Shown here in pieces: positions 15,879-25,335 of a DNA stretch of 64,000 nucleotides. The notes under the pieces were generated by a model. The model was not told where the DNA came from. It saw nothing but the letters and a program-made list of their open reading frames with translations, and made no database searches. This DNA is from Pseudomonadota bacterium (lineage in GTDB: Bacteria; Pseudomonadota; Gammaproteobacteria; Burkholderiales; JAJZQI01). The position numbers were made by a program, and so were the translations under genes. How positions within the stretch are numbered: the first letter of the stretch is position 1; the number at the start of each line of letters is the position of its first letter. The stretch covers positions 48,359 through 112,358 of the forward strand of contig JAJZQI010000008.1 in the NCBI GenBank assembly GCA_021851875.1, written 5' to 3'.

Positions 15879-16823
15879 ATGAATCATGCATTTGCTTATC
15901 TGTCTTCCGGCGGCTTCCTCGGCCTGCCCATCACCCACGGCGCAGCGGCGTCCGACTCATCCAAGACGTTCGCCATTGCCGGCATCAACTGGGACGGCAG
16001 CGTAACGAACCGGCCGGGGGCGCGCCTCGGACCCAATGCCATCAGACAGTCCAGCCGGATGTTGTGCGATGCCACGCATCCGCTGTTCGACGTGTCGCCC
16101 TTCGATCAGTTGGTCGATCTGGGCGACTTGCTGCTGCCCAATACCGGACTTGAATCCATGCGCGCCGCATTGATGCCGCAGGCCCAGGCGCTGCTCGGCA
16201 AGCACGAAATGGCGTGGCTGGGCGGCGATCATTCCATCACCCTGCCATTGCTGCGTGCCTATCATGCGCATTATGGAAAACCGCTGGCCTGTATTCACTT
16301 CGACGCACATTGCGATACCTGGACCGACCATTTTGGCGAGCCATCGGGTCATGGCACCTGGGTGTATGAAGCGATTACCGAAGGACTGGTGATGCCGGAA
16401 GCCTTTATTCAGGTTGGCATCCGCTCATCCGGCGTGCGTGAGGCGCGCGAGTTCGTCAATGACAGGGGCGGGCGCATTTTCACCGCCCGCGAATTGCGCG
16501 GCCGTGACGGCGACGCCTTGCAGAGCGTGATCAGCGAGGTGAAAGAGCGCCTGGCCAAGGCCGGCAATCCTCCCGTTTACCTCACCTTCGATATCGATGC
16601 GCTGGACCCGGCCTACGCTCCGGGAACTGGCACGCCCGAACCCGGCGGCCTGACCACGGCACAGGCGATGACCTTGCTGGAGGGTTGGCATGATCTGAAC
16701 TGGGTGGGAATGGATTGCACCGAGGTTGCTCCGCCGTTCGATTACTCCGAACTGACCAGCAACGCGGCGGCAACTCTGGTGTGGACGTGGATGTGCGGAC
16801 GCATGGCCGCCGGCATTAAATAA
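15879..16823 (+). CDS. speB: Agmatinase / ureohydrolase (arginase-fold) enzyme
   Basis: Mn-binding motifs GGDHSITLP, HFDAHCDTW and TFDIDALDP. Agmatinase cannot be distinguished from guanidinobutyrase from sequence alone. Confidence 0.75.
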   Translation: MNHAFAYLSSGGFLGLPITHGAAASDSSKTFAIAGINWDGSVTNRPGARLGPNAIRQSSRMLCDATHPLFDVSPFDQLVDLGDLLLPNTGLESMRAALMPQAQALLGKHEMAWLGGDHSITLPLLRAYHAHYGKPLACIHFDAHCDTWTDHFGEPSGHGTWVYEAITEGLVMPEAFIQVGIRSSGVREAREFVNDRGGRIFTARELRGRDGDALQSVISEVKERLAKAGNPPVYLTFDIDALDPAYAPGTGTPEPGGLTTAQAMTLLEGWHDLNWVGMDCTEVAPPFDYSELTSNAAATLVWTWMCGRMAAGIK

Positions 16824-16837
16824 GAAAGAGCCCTTGC

Positions 16838-17499
16838 TTGCCTGTGAACAAAAGCTGCGCCAGAACTCCTACTACACGGCCAGCGCTCATTCGCGTGCAC
16901 CCGCTTCATCGCTGGGGGGATGTCAGCGCCGATGTTTGTGTCGTCGGGGCGGGCTTGGCCGGGTTGTCGTCCGCGATTGAGCTGGCCGAACGGGGTTTCG
17001 CGGTGGTTGTGCTGGAAGCGGAAACGGTGGGCTGGGGGGCGAGCGGCCGCAACGGCGGGCAGATTATCGCGGGGCTTGCTTGCGATCAAGCCGTGATCGA
17101 GAAATCCCTGGGCATGGATGCGGCACGGCAGGCCTGGGATATCACGCTTGAAGCGCTGGATCTGGTGCGCGAGCGGGTCAAACGATTCGATATCCGGTGT
17201 GATCTTACCGATGGTTTCCTGACTCCTGGGGCGGCTTCGTCGATATCACCATGAATCGGGCGCCGGACTTCGGCTGTGTGAGCCCCAATATCTACTATCT
17301 GCAGGGTTTTTCCGGGCATGGCGTGGCCTTGACCGGAATGGCCGGCAGGCTGGCGGCCGAAGCAATTGCCGGACAGGCGGGCCGTTTCGATTTGCTGGCG
17401 AAAATTTCCCACCATAATTTCCCCGGCGGCAAGTGGTTGCGTACCCCGGCACTCGTTCTGGGCATGGCATGGTACCGCTTGCGCGATGCCTGGGGCTGA
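16838..17499 (+). pseudogene. puuB: Gamma-glutamylputrescine oxidase (puuB-like) with a large internal deletion and frameshifts
   Basis: The N-terminal part DVCVVGAGLAGLSSAIELA..GASGRNGGQ..RERVKRFDIRCD ends at 17254. The C-terminal part NIYYLQGFSGHGVALT..FPGGKW..AWYRLRDAWG is in another frame (17251-17499). The SYYTASA motif (16867-16887) is in a third frame. About 200 central codons are missing. Confidence 0.8.
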
Positions 17500-17505
17500 A
17501 CGGGT

Positions 17506-19002
17506 TTAGTAGCTGAGCGCCGCCTGGATAACGTCCGCCAGAATGCGGCCGTAAGGCGCGATGCGTTCCGTGGCGGCGTAGGCGTAACCGACAATCAGGC
17601 CCTTTTCGACTTTGTCGCCGACACCATAGCTGGATAGCGGATAAACCCGTAATCCCTGTTCCGCCGCCAAATCGGCCACGCGCACATCGTCGGCGTGGGG
17701 GGGGAGCTCTACCACCAGGTGCAACCCTGAGCCAGCCGGCGGCAATCGCGCACCCACCCGGGTTACCGGGGCGAGGGCCTTTTGCAGCAGGCGGCGGCGC
17801 TCGGCATAAATCTGTCGCAGCCGCCGGATATGGCTGGCAAAGTGGCCTTCTTCAATAAATTCGGCCAGAGCGGCCTGAATTACGACTTGACCCGGGCGTT
17901 GCAACTCATACAAGCCGCGCTTGAAACTTTCCGCCAGATCCGGCGGGACCACCAGATAACCGAGTTTGATACCGGGGTACATGACCTTGGAAAAGGTCCC
18001 CAGATAGAGCACCCGTCCATTCTGATCCATCCCCTGCAGGGAGGACAGCGGCCGCCCCTCGAAGCGGAATTCGCTGTCGTAATCGTCTTCCAGAATCCAG
18101 GAGTCCTGGCTGGCAGCATAATCGAGCAGCAAGCGGCGCCGACCATAACTCATCACGACGCCTTTGGGGTATTGATGCGAGGGTGTCGTGTAGATAAGCC
18201 GAGGCGGCCGGCGAAAGTCGGCGTTATTGGGCGCCATTCCTTCATCGTCCACCGTCACGGGATGCAGCTGCAGTCCGTTGACCTCCAGAAGGCGGCGGGC
18301 GCCCCAATAGCAGGGATTTTCCACCCAGACCCGGTCGCCGTGATCAGTCAGCATGCGCGCGCACAGGTCGATGGACTGCTGCGTGCCGGCGGTGATCAAG
18401 ACTTGCTCAACGGTCAGATTGACGGCCCGTGACATGCGCAGGTAATTGGCAATGGCGCGGCGCAGGGGCAGGTGTCCGCCGGCGTGGCCATAGTCCAGAT
18501 GGGCGGGCTGGGGCGCGCGCCACTGCTTGTTTAACAGACGACGCCATAATTGGGTGGGAAAAGTGGAGAAATCGTCTTCTCCCGGTGCGAAGGGTTGCAC
18601 CTCATGGCTCGGATGGTCGGCCAGACCGGCGGCCAGCATGCCCCTCTTTGACAGACCCAGTGAACGGTGAAGCGCATCCATGCCGGCATTGCTTTGTGCA
18701 TCGTCGAGTTCTATAAATCCTTCAGGCGGGGTGGTCGCGACACAGGTGCCGCTGCCGGTGCGGGAAACAATATAGCCCTCGTCGTGCAGCTGCTCAAAGG
18801 CGGCGAGGATGGTGTTGCGGGACAAGCTGAGCGCTTCGGACAGACTGCGGGTGGAAGGCAGCCGTGTTCCCGCGGTCAGGTGCTGGCTGGCGATGGCGCG
18901 ACGGATCAATTCATACACGCGGCGATGCGCGGGCATGCCGGCAGGAAAGCGGTGCTGTTTCAGTTCGGTTAACAGCCACTCGGATATGGTCAGTGATTCC
19001 AA
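17506..19002 (-). CDS. MocR/GabR-type GntR-family regulator with a PLP aminotransferase-like domain
   Basis: wHTH LPSTRSLSEALSLSRNTILAAFEQLHDEGYIVSRTGSGTCV plus a fold-type-I domain with GTFSKVMYPGIKLGY. Confidence 0.9.
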   Translation of the reverse strand: MESLTISEWLLTELKQHRFPAGMPAHRRVYELIRRAIASQHLTAGTRLPSTRSLSEALSLSRNTILAAFEQLHDEGYIVSRTGSGTCVATTPPEGFIELDDAQSNAGMDALHRSLGLSKRGMLAAGLADHPSHEVQPFAPGEDDFSTFPTQLWRRLLNKQWRAPQPAHLDYGHAGGHLPLRRAIANYLRMSRAVNLTVEQVLITAGTQQSIDLCARMLTDHGDRVWVENPCYWGARRLLEVNGLQLHPVTVDDEGMAPNNADFRRPPRLIYTTPSHQYPKGVVMSYGRRRLLLDYAASQDSWILEDDYDSEFRFEGRPLSSLQGMDQNGRVLYLGTFSKVMYPGIKLGYLVVPPDLAESFKRGLYELQRPGQVVIQAALAEFIEEGHFASHIRRLRQIYAERRRLLQKALAPVTRVGARLPPAGSGLHLVVELPPHADDVRVADLAAEQGLRVYPLSSYGVGDKVEKGLIVGYAYAATERIAPYGRILADVIQAALSY

Positions 19003-19022
19003 ATTCGTTCCAAAATAAAGTG

Positions 19023-19063
19023 GTACCAGTATATTTACTTAAATGGCTCTTGTATGCATACCA
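19023..19063. promoter_or_regulatory. Candidate MocR operator: direct repeats GTACCA / ATACCA, 35 bp start-to-start
   Basis: GTACCA at 19023-19028 and ATACCA at 19058-19063 lie in the MocR-puuD divergent intergenic region. Confidence 0.3.
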
Positions 19064-19235
19064 ATTTGAGGGAAGAATACTCCTAAAGCAAGTCGAATCG
19101 CAATAATATATTCATATAAAACAATATATTGAGTTTTTGTTTCGGTTTGCGGGGCGGCAATTCCAATTTGCTTGATGTCAGGAGATGGCCGAAGTATCGG
19201 GGCCAATTCACAAATAAAGTCATAAATTTAATGCG

Positions 19236-20036
19236 ATGAATTTCTGTCGCCAGCATGGTGTGAAAGTGCAAAGTCGTAATGCCAAGCCGGTTGTACTGCT
19301 TCCGGCGGATAACAAGATGATCGGGGATCACCGTTTCCATGCGGTGGGCCATAAGTATGTCAATGCGGTGGTCGCGGCAATGGATGCGTTGCCCTTGCTG
19401 ATCCCGTCTTTGGGGGATGAGAGCGACATTGCCGCCCTGCTGGAGGTGGCCGACGGCATTCTTTTGCCCGGCGCGGTTTCCAATGTGCACCCTGCGCACT
19501 TCGATCAAGCGGTCCACAACCCGGCCCTGCCATTGGATCCTGGGCGAGACGGCCTGACTTTGCGCTTGATCCGTGCGGCCGTGGAGGCCGGCATTCCGCT
19601 ACTGGGGATTTGCCGCGGCTTTCAGGAAATCAATGTGGCGTACGGCGGCAGTCTGTACCAGGCGGTGCATGAAACGGCGGGCATGGCCGATCATCGCGAA
19701 CCGGCAGATCAACCGCTGGATGTCCAGTACGGCCAGATCCATCCGGTCAATGTGGTCGCTGGCGGACTGCTGGCCAGGATCACCGGCTGCGCTACGTTCA
19801 GGGTGAATTCCTTGCATGGGCAGGGTATTGATCGTTTGGGCGCCGGCTTGGTGGCGGAGGCCTACGCGCCCGATGGTCTGGTTGAAGCCATCAGCGTTGA
19901 GCAGGCAAAAAATTTCGCTTTGGCTGTGCAATGGCACCCCGAATGGAAAGTACTTGAAACGCCGGCATACCTGGCTATATTCCGCGCTTTTGCAGAAGCA
20001 TGCAGGGCGCATGCAGGCGAACGCTTGCCTGGTTAA
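19236..20036 (+). CDS. puuD: Gamma-glutamyl-GABA hydrolase (C26 glutamine amidotransferase-like)
   Basis: Nucleophile motif LLGICRGFQEINVAYGG and the LAVQWHPEW histidine region. Confidence 0.85.
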   Translation: MNFCRQHGVKVQSRNAKPVVLLPADNKMIGDHRFHAVGHKYVNAVVAAMDALPLLIPSLGDESDIAALLEVADGILLPGAVSNVHPAHFDQAVHNPALPLDPGRDGLTLRLIRAAVEAGIPLLGICRGFQEINVAYGGSLYQAVHETAGMADHREPADQPLDVQYGQIHPVNVVAGGLLARITGCATFRVNSLHGQGIDRLGAGLVAEAYAPDGLVEAISVEQAKNFALAVQWHPEWKVLETPAYLAIFRAFAEACRAHAGERLPG

Positions 20037-20079
20037 GCGTAGCGACAAGACAATAACAAAGAGGTTTTGGAGAACCGCA

Positions 20080-21450
20080 ATGTCAGAACGTAATGCATAC
20101 ACGCATACGGATATGGAACGGTGGTTGACAGAAAACCACGTAACTGAAATCGAATGCCTGGTGCCCGACTTGACGGGCGTTGCGCGCGGCAAGATTCTGC
20201 CGCGCGAGAAATTTTCTGCCGAACGGGCCATGCGCCTGCCGGAGGCGGTGCTCGGCGTGACCGTGACCGGCGAGTCGCCGGAGGGGCATGCCGGCTACGA
20301 CAATGTATTCGGTTTTACCGACCGGGATATGGTGCTGATTCCGGATCCGACGACTGTGCGGCTGGTGCCCTGGGCGGTTGATCCGACGGCGCAGGTGATC
20401 ATGGATTGCTTCTTCCATGACGGCACGGCGGTGGATTTTGCGCCGCGCAATGTGTTGCGGCGGGTGACCGGGCTGTACAAGGAAATGGGCTTGGCGCCTA
20501 TCGTCGCGCCGGAGCTGGAATTCTATCTGCTGGCGCGCAACGTGGACCCGAACCAGCCGCTGGTGCCGCCGGTGGGCCGCAGCGGCCGGTCGGAGACCAG
20601 CCGCCAGCTGTACAGCATTGATGCCGTGAATGAATTCGATCCGCTGTTCGAGGAAATTTACGATTATTGCGACTTGATGGGACTCGAGCTGGACACGCTG
20701 ATTCACGAGTTCGGTGCCGGGCAGATGGAAATCAATTTCCTGCATGACGACCCGATGATCCTGGCCGACAAGGTGTTCTTCTTCAAGCGCACGCTCAGGG
20801 AAGCGGCCTTGCGTCACAACATGTACGCCACTTTCATGGCCAAGCCGATGACCAACGAGCCGGGCTCTGCCATGCATATTCACCAGAGCCTGGTTGATAT
20901 GAAGACCGGCCAGAATATTTTCAGCAATGAAGACGGCAACGAGTCCCCGCTCTTCCTGAACTATATCGCCGGCCTGCAAAAATATTTGCCTGCGGCGATG
21001 GCCTTGCTGGCGCCGTACGTGAATTCGTATCGCCGTATCGTGCGCCACGGCGCTGCGCCGATCAACATCGAATGGGGCTATGACAACCGTACCGTGGGGA
21101 TCCGGGTACCCATTTCCGGTCCGGAAGCGCGGCGAGTCGAGAACCGTGTCGTGGGCGCGGATGCGAATCCGTATCTGGCCATGGCCGTGACGCTGGCCTG
21201 CGGTTACCTGGGCATTGTGGAAAAACTCAAGCCTAGCGAGCCGACCACCGGCAGCGCCTACGATGCCAACTATCAGCTGCCGCGCGGTTTGTCCGAGGCG
21301 CTGCGGATGCTGGAAGGGGCCAAGCCGCTGCATGAGGTGTTGGGTAAAAACTTCATCGATGTCTATGTGGCGGTGAAAGAAACCGAGCATGACGAATTTA
21401 TGCGGGTCATCAGCCCATGGGAGCGCGAGCATCTGCTGATGCACGTGTGA
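20080..21450 (+). CDS. puuA: Glutamine-synthetase-family gamma-glutamylpolyamine synthetase
   Basis: GS catalytic motifs NEPGSAMHIHQSL and NSYRRIV..GYDNRTVGIRVP. ATG 20080 is preceded by GGAG. The track ORF from 19816 is an over-extension. Confidence 0.85.
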   Translation: MSERNAYTHTDMERWLTENHVTEIECLVPDLTGVARGKILPREKFSAERAMRLPEAVLGVTVTGESPEGHAGYDNVFGFTDRDMVLIPDPTTVRLVPWAVDPTAQVIMDCFFHDGTAVDFAPRNVLRRVTGLYKEMGLAPIVAPELEFYLLARNVDPNQPLVPPVGRSGRSETSRQLYSIDAVNEFDPLFEEIYDYCDLMGLELDTLIHEFGAGQMEINFLHDDPMILADKVFFFKRTLREAALRHNMYATFMAKPMTNEPGSAMHIHQSLVDMKTGQNIFSNEDGNESPLFLNYIAGLQKYLPAAMALLAPYVNSYRRIVRHGAAPINIEWGYDNRTVGIRVPISGPEARRVENRVVGADANPYLAMAVTLACGYLGIVEKLKPSEPTTGSAYDANYQLPRGLSEALRMLEGAKPLHEVLGKNFIDVYVAVKETEHDEFMRVISPWEREHLLMHV

Positions 21451-21487
21451 GCGGGCGACAAATCAAGGAAACAGTCAGGAGAGCATT

Positions 21488-22900
21488 ATGCCGCATACAA
21501 CCCGCGAAATTCAGACGCTGGATTCGGCGCACTACATTCATCCCTTTACCGACCATAAAGCCCTTGCAGCGCAGGGTGCGCGCGTCATTGCCAAGGCGGA
21601 CGGCGTGTATGTGTGGGATTCCGAAGGCAAGCAGATTTTCGACGGCATGTCCGGTCTGTGGTGCGTCAATGTCGGTTATGGACGGCAGGAGCTGGTGGAT
21701 GCGGCCAGCCGGCAAATGTCGACGCTGCCGTACTACAACAGCTTCTTCAAAACGACCAATGTGCCAGCCGCGGAGCTGGCTGACCGTATCGTCGGTCTGG
21801 CGGGAGACAATTTCTCGCACGTCTTTTACAGCTCATCCGGTTCCGAATCAAATGATACTAATGTGCGTATGGTGCGCCATTATTGGGCAAGTTTGGGTCA
21901 ACCTGAGCGAAAAGTGATCATCAGCCGCAAAAATGCCTATCACGGTTCCACCATGTGCGGTGCGTCGCTGGGCGGCATGTCGGGCATGCACGCGCAGGGC
22001 GGCTTGCCGATTCCCGATATCGTCCATATCGAACAGCCCTATCACTTCGCGCTCGCACCGGCAAAGGATCGCGACGCATTCGGTCTGGAAGCGGCTTCCT
22101 GGCTGGAAGAGAAAATTCTCGCAGTCGGGCCGGAAAAAGTGGCGGCCTTTATCGGCGAACCCGTGCAGGGCGCGGGTGGCGTGATTATCCCGCCCAAAAC
22201 CTACTGGCCGGAAATCCAGCGTATTTGCGATAAATACGGGATTTTGCTGATCAGCGACGAGGTGATTTGCGGTTTCGGCCGTCTCGGTACCTGGTTCGGT
22301 TCTGAATTAATGGGAGCAAAGCCCGACCTGATGACCTTCGCCAAGGGGGTGACCTCCGGCTACATCCCGCTGGGCGGGGTGGTGGTGAGCAAGCGGGTGG
22401 CCGACGTCCTGATCAACAAGGGCGGCGAGTTCAATCACGGCTACACTTATTCCGGTCATCCGGTAGCTTGCGCTGTTGCCCTGGCCAACATCGACATCAT
22501 TGAAAAAGAAGGGTTGGTACAGCGGGTGAAGGAAGAAACTGGCCCGCATCTTGCTGCGCATTTTGCGGCACTTTCCGATCATCCGCTGGTGGCTGGCGCT
22601 GAAACGTGCGGCATGGTGGGCGGTTTGGTCCTGATGCAGGATAAAAACAGGCATTTGTCATTTGATGAGGCTTTGGAAGTGGGCATGATCTGCCGCGAGC
22701 ATTGTTTCGCCAATGGACTGGTGATGCGGGCGGTGGGCGATCGCATGATTATTGCTCCGCCGCTGTCCTGCACCAAAGCCGATATCGATGAAATGATGAA
22801 GCGGGTTCGTATTTGTCTGGATGCGACTTTGGCGGATGTTAGAACGCGCGGCTGGATGGGGGCGGAAGAGAGCGTACAAGCCTCCGCCGGCATGGCCTAG
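21488..22900 (+). CDS. spuC: Class-III aminotransferase (putrescine--pyruvate SpuC-like)
   Basis: LISDEVICGFGRLGTWFG and the PLP-lysine motif TFAKGVTSGYIPLGG. Confidence 0.8.
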   Translation: MPHTTREIQTLDSAHYIHPFTDHKALAAQGARVIAKADGVYVWDSEGKQIFDGMSGLWCVNVGYGRQELVDAASRQMSTLPYYNSFFKTTNVPAAELADRIVGLAGDNFSHVFYSSSGSESNDTNVRMVRHYWASLGQPERKVIISRKNAYHGSTMCGASLGGMSGMHAQGGLPIPDIVHIEQPYHFALAPAKDRDAFGLEAASWLEEKILAVGPEKVAAFIGEPVQGAGGVIIPPKTYWPEIQRICDKYGILLISDEVICGFGRLGTWFGSELMGAKPDLMTFAKGVTSGYIPLGGVVVSKRVADVLINKGGEFNHGYTYSGHPVACAVALANIDIIEKEGLVQRVKEETGPHLAAHFAALSDHPLVAGAETCGMVGGLVLMQDKNRHLSFDEALEVGMICREHCFANGLVMRAVGDRMIIAPPLSCTKADIDEMMKRVRICLDATLADVRTRGWMGAEESVQASAGMA

Positions 22901-23009
22901 GCATGATAGGATTGCTCACTTGCGAGTAGCGGACGGGCAGTTGGACGGCCAAAGCGCGCACGGTTTTGAAATTTGTCACTTAGTCACTTAACTGGAAGGA
23001 GAACTTCGC

Positions 23010-24128
23010 ATGAAATCGCCGTTCAAGAAGCGCCTGGCAGGTGTGCTGGCTGCAGTCATGGTTACGCTGGGTGTATCGGCCGTCGCATCGGCAGATGAGG
23101 AAAAAGTCCTCAATATCTATAATTGGTCCGACTACATCGCGCCGGACACGATTGCCAATTTCGAGAAAGAAACGGGCATCAAGGTGCGCTATGACAATTT
23201 CGACAGTAATGAAACGCTGCACGCCAAGCTGGTGGCAGGCAAGACCGGCTATGACATCGTGGTCCCCTCGTCCAACTGGGCGACCATCCAGCTGCGTGGC
23301 GGACTGCTGCAGAAACTCGACAAGAGCAAGCTGCCCAACTGGAAAAACATCGATCCGACCATCCTGAGCCAACTGGGCACCCTGGACCCGGGCAATCAAT
23401 ACCTGGTTGACTGGCTGTGGGGCTACACCACCGTGGGCATCAACGTTGACAAGGTGAAGAAAGCCCTGGGCGGCATGCCGATGCCGGACAACGTGTGGGA
23501 GCTGGTGTTCAACCCGCAATACATGAAAAAGGTGAAGTCCTGCGGCGTTTCCTTCCTTGACGCGCCTTCCGAAGTGGTACCGGCCGCCCTGCACTATCTG
23601 AACAAGCCGATCGACAGCAAGAACCAGGCTGACTACAATGAAGCTGGCACCATGCTGGCCAAGATTCGTCCGTACGTGACGCTGTTCTCCTCTTCCGGCT
23701 ACATCAACGACATGGCCAATGGTTCCATCTGTGTGGCCCTGGGCTGGTCCGGCGACATCAACATCGCCCGTCAGCGTGCAATTGCGAACAAGTCCGGTCA
23801 GAACATCGAAGCATTGATCCCGAAAAACGGCGGCCTGGCTTTCTTCGATACCATGGCCATTCCGGCGGACGCGCCACACCCGGAAAATGCGCACAAGTTC
23901 ATCAACTACATTCTGACTCCGAAAGTCGACGCTTCGCTGACCAATACCGTGTTCTACGCCAACCCGAACAAGGCATCCCTGCCGTATGTGACCCCGGTTG
24001 TGGCCAACAACAAGACAGTGTTCCTGTCTGACGAAGACAAAAAGAAACTGGTGATGCCGGCCGTACAGACGAACGATGTTCGCCGTCTGGCTACTCGCGT
24101 ATACACCCGCTTCAAGACCGGTCTGTAA
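23010..24128 (+). CDS. potF: Polyamine ABC transporter, periplasmic binding protein
   Basis: Signal peptide followed by LNIYNWSDYIAPDT, typical of PotF/PotD. Confidence 0.9.
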   Translation: MKSPFKKRLAGVLAAVMVTLGVSAVASADEEKVLNIYNWSDYIAPDTIANFEKETGIKVRYDNFDSNETLHAKLVAGKTGYDIVVPSSNWATIQLRGGLLQKLDKSKLPNWKNIDPTILSQLGTLDPGNQYLVDWLWGYTTVGINVDKVKKALGGMPMPDNVWELVFNPQYMKKVKSCGVSFLDAPSEVVPAALHYLNKPIDSKNQADYNEAGTMLAKIRPYVTLFSSSGYINDMANGSICVALGWSGDINIARQRAIANKSGQNIEALIPKNGGLAFFDTMAIPADAPHPENAHKFINYILTPKVDASLTNTVFYANPNKASLPYVTPVVANNKTVFLSDEDKKKLVMPAVQTNDVRRLATRVYTRFKTGL

Positions 24129-24141
24129 TACCTGACGGTTG

Positions 24142-24184
24142 GGAGCCCGCGTAAAAGGCGGGCTCCTCCCTGCAGCTGCAGGGA
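24142..24184 (+). terminator. Intercistronic double stem-loop (possible attenuator) between potF and potG
   Basis: GGAGCCCGC-GTAAAAG-GCGGGCTCC (24142-24166) is followed by the 18-nt perfect palindrome TCCCTGCAGCTGCAGGGA (24167-24184). There is no U-tract. Confidence 0.35.
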
Positions 24185-24210
24185 GCCAAGTTTCACTAGG
24201 AGAATTTTGC

Positions 24211-25323
24211 ATGGCAGTAACCAAGGACACTCCAGTCCGGGAAGACTTATTGCGTATCGAAGGGCTGAGCAAGGTCTTCGATGAGAGTGTGCGCGCTGTT
24301 GATGACGTTTCCCTGCGCGTGGCAAAAGGCGAAATTTTCGCCTTGCTGGGAAGCTCGGGTTGCGGCAAATCCACCCTGTTGCGGATGCTGGCCGGATTTG
24401 AAGCGCCCACCGCCGGAAAGATCTATTTGGCCGGTAAGGATATAACCAATCTGCCGCCTTATCAGCGGCCGATCAATATGATGTTTCAGTCGTATGCCCT
24501 GTTTCCGCACCTGAATGTGTGGGACAACGTGGCGTTCGGCTTGCGGCGCGACGGCATGCCCAAGGGGGACGTTGCCGAGCGCGTTGAATCGATGCTCAAG
24601 CTGGTGCAACTCACCAAGTTCGCCAAACGTAAACCGCACCAGTTGTCCGGCGGGCAACAGCAACGCGTGGCTTTGGCCCGCAGTCTGGCCAAGCGCCCGC
24701 AACTGCTGCTGCTGGACGAACCGCTGGGGGCATTGGACAAAAAGCTGCGGGAGTCGACCCAGCTTGAATTGGTCAACATTATCGAAGAAGTGGGCGTAAC
24801 GTGCGTGCTGGTGACGCATGACCAGGAAGAGGCCATGACGATGGCTTCGCGCATCGCCGTGATGAGCGAGGGCAGCTTCAAGCAGGTAGGCTCGCCGAGT
24901 GAAATTTACGAAACCCCCAACAGCCGTCTGGTGGCGGACTTCGTGGGCAATGTGAACATTTTTGATGGTCAAGTGGTGGAAGATGAGGCCGATCACGTGA
25001 CGGTGAGCTGCCCGGAATGCATGCATTACGTGGGTCACGGCATTACCGGCACACAAGGCATGGCTGTCGGAGTGGCGCTCCGCCCGGAAAAAATCCAGCT
25101 GTTGCGCGAGCAGCCGCAAGGTCCGCATAACTGGTGTGAAGGGACGATCGAGGACATCGCCTATTTTGGCGCATATACCACTTATCACCTCAAGCTGAAA
25201 ACGGGCATGGTCCTCAAGGTGCAGCAGGCCAATCTGTCGCGCCACAATGTCCAGGACCCGACCTGGGGCGACAAGGTCTATGCCGAGTGGAGTGCAGACT
25301 CCATGGTCGTGCTGACGCATTAA
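24211..25323 (+). CDS. potG: Polyamine ABC transporter ATPase
   Basis: Walker A GSSGCGKST, signature LSGGQQQR, Walker B LLLLDEP. ATG 24211 follows GGAG. Confidence 0.9.
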   Translation: MAVTKDTPVREDLLRIEGLSKVFDESVRAVDDVSLRVAKGEIFALLGSSGCGKSTLLRMLAGFEAPTAGKIYLAGKDITNLPPYQRPINMMFQSYALFPHLNVWDNVAFGLRRDGMPKGDVAERVESMLKLVQLTKFAKRKPHQLSGGQQQRVALARSLAKRPQLLLLDEPLGALDKKLRESTQLELVNIIEEVGVTCVLVTHDQEEAMTMASRIAVMSEGSFKQVGSPSEIYETPNSRLVADFVGNVNIFDGQVVEDEADHVTVSCPECMHYVGHGITGTQGMAVGVALRPEKIQLLREQPQGPHNWCEGTIEDIAYFGAYTTYHLKLKTGMVLKVQQANLSRHNVQDPTWGDKVYAEWSADSMVVLTH

Positions 25324-25335
25324 CGGAGCCGGTAG

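Noticed and set aside
22975-22990. A tandem GTCACTTA GTCACTTA repeat upstream of potF.
   Set aside because: It is only two 8-mers. It could be an operator, but it is too short to distinguish from chance without comparative data.
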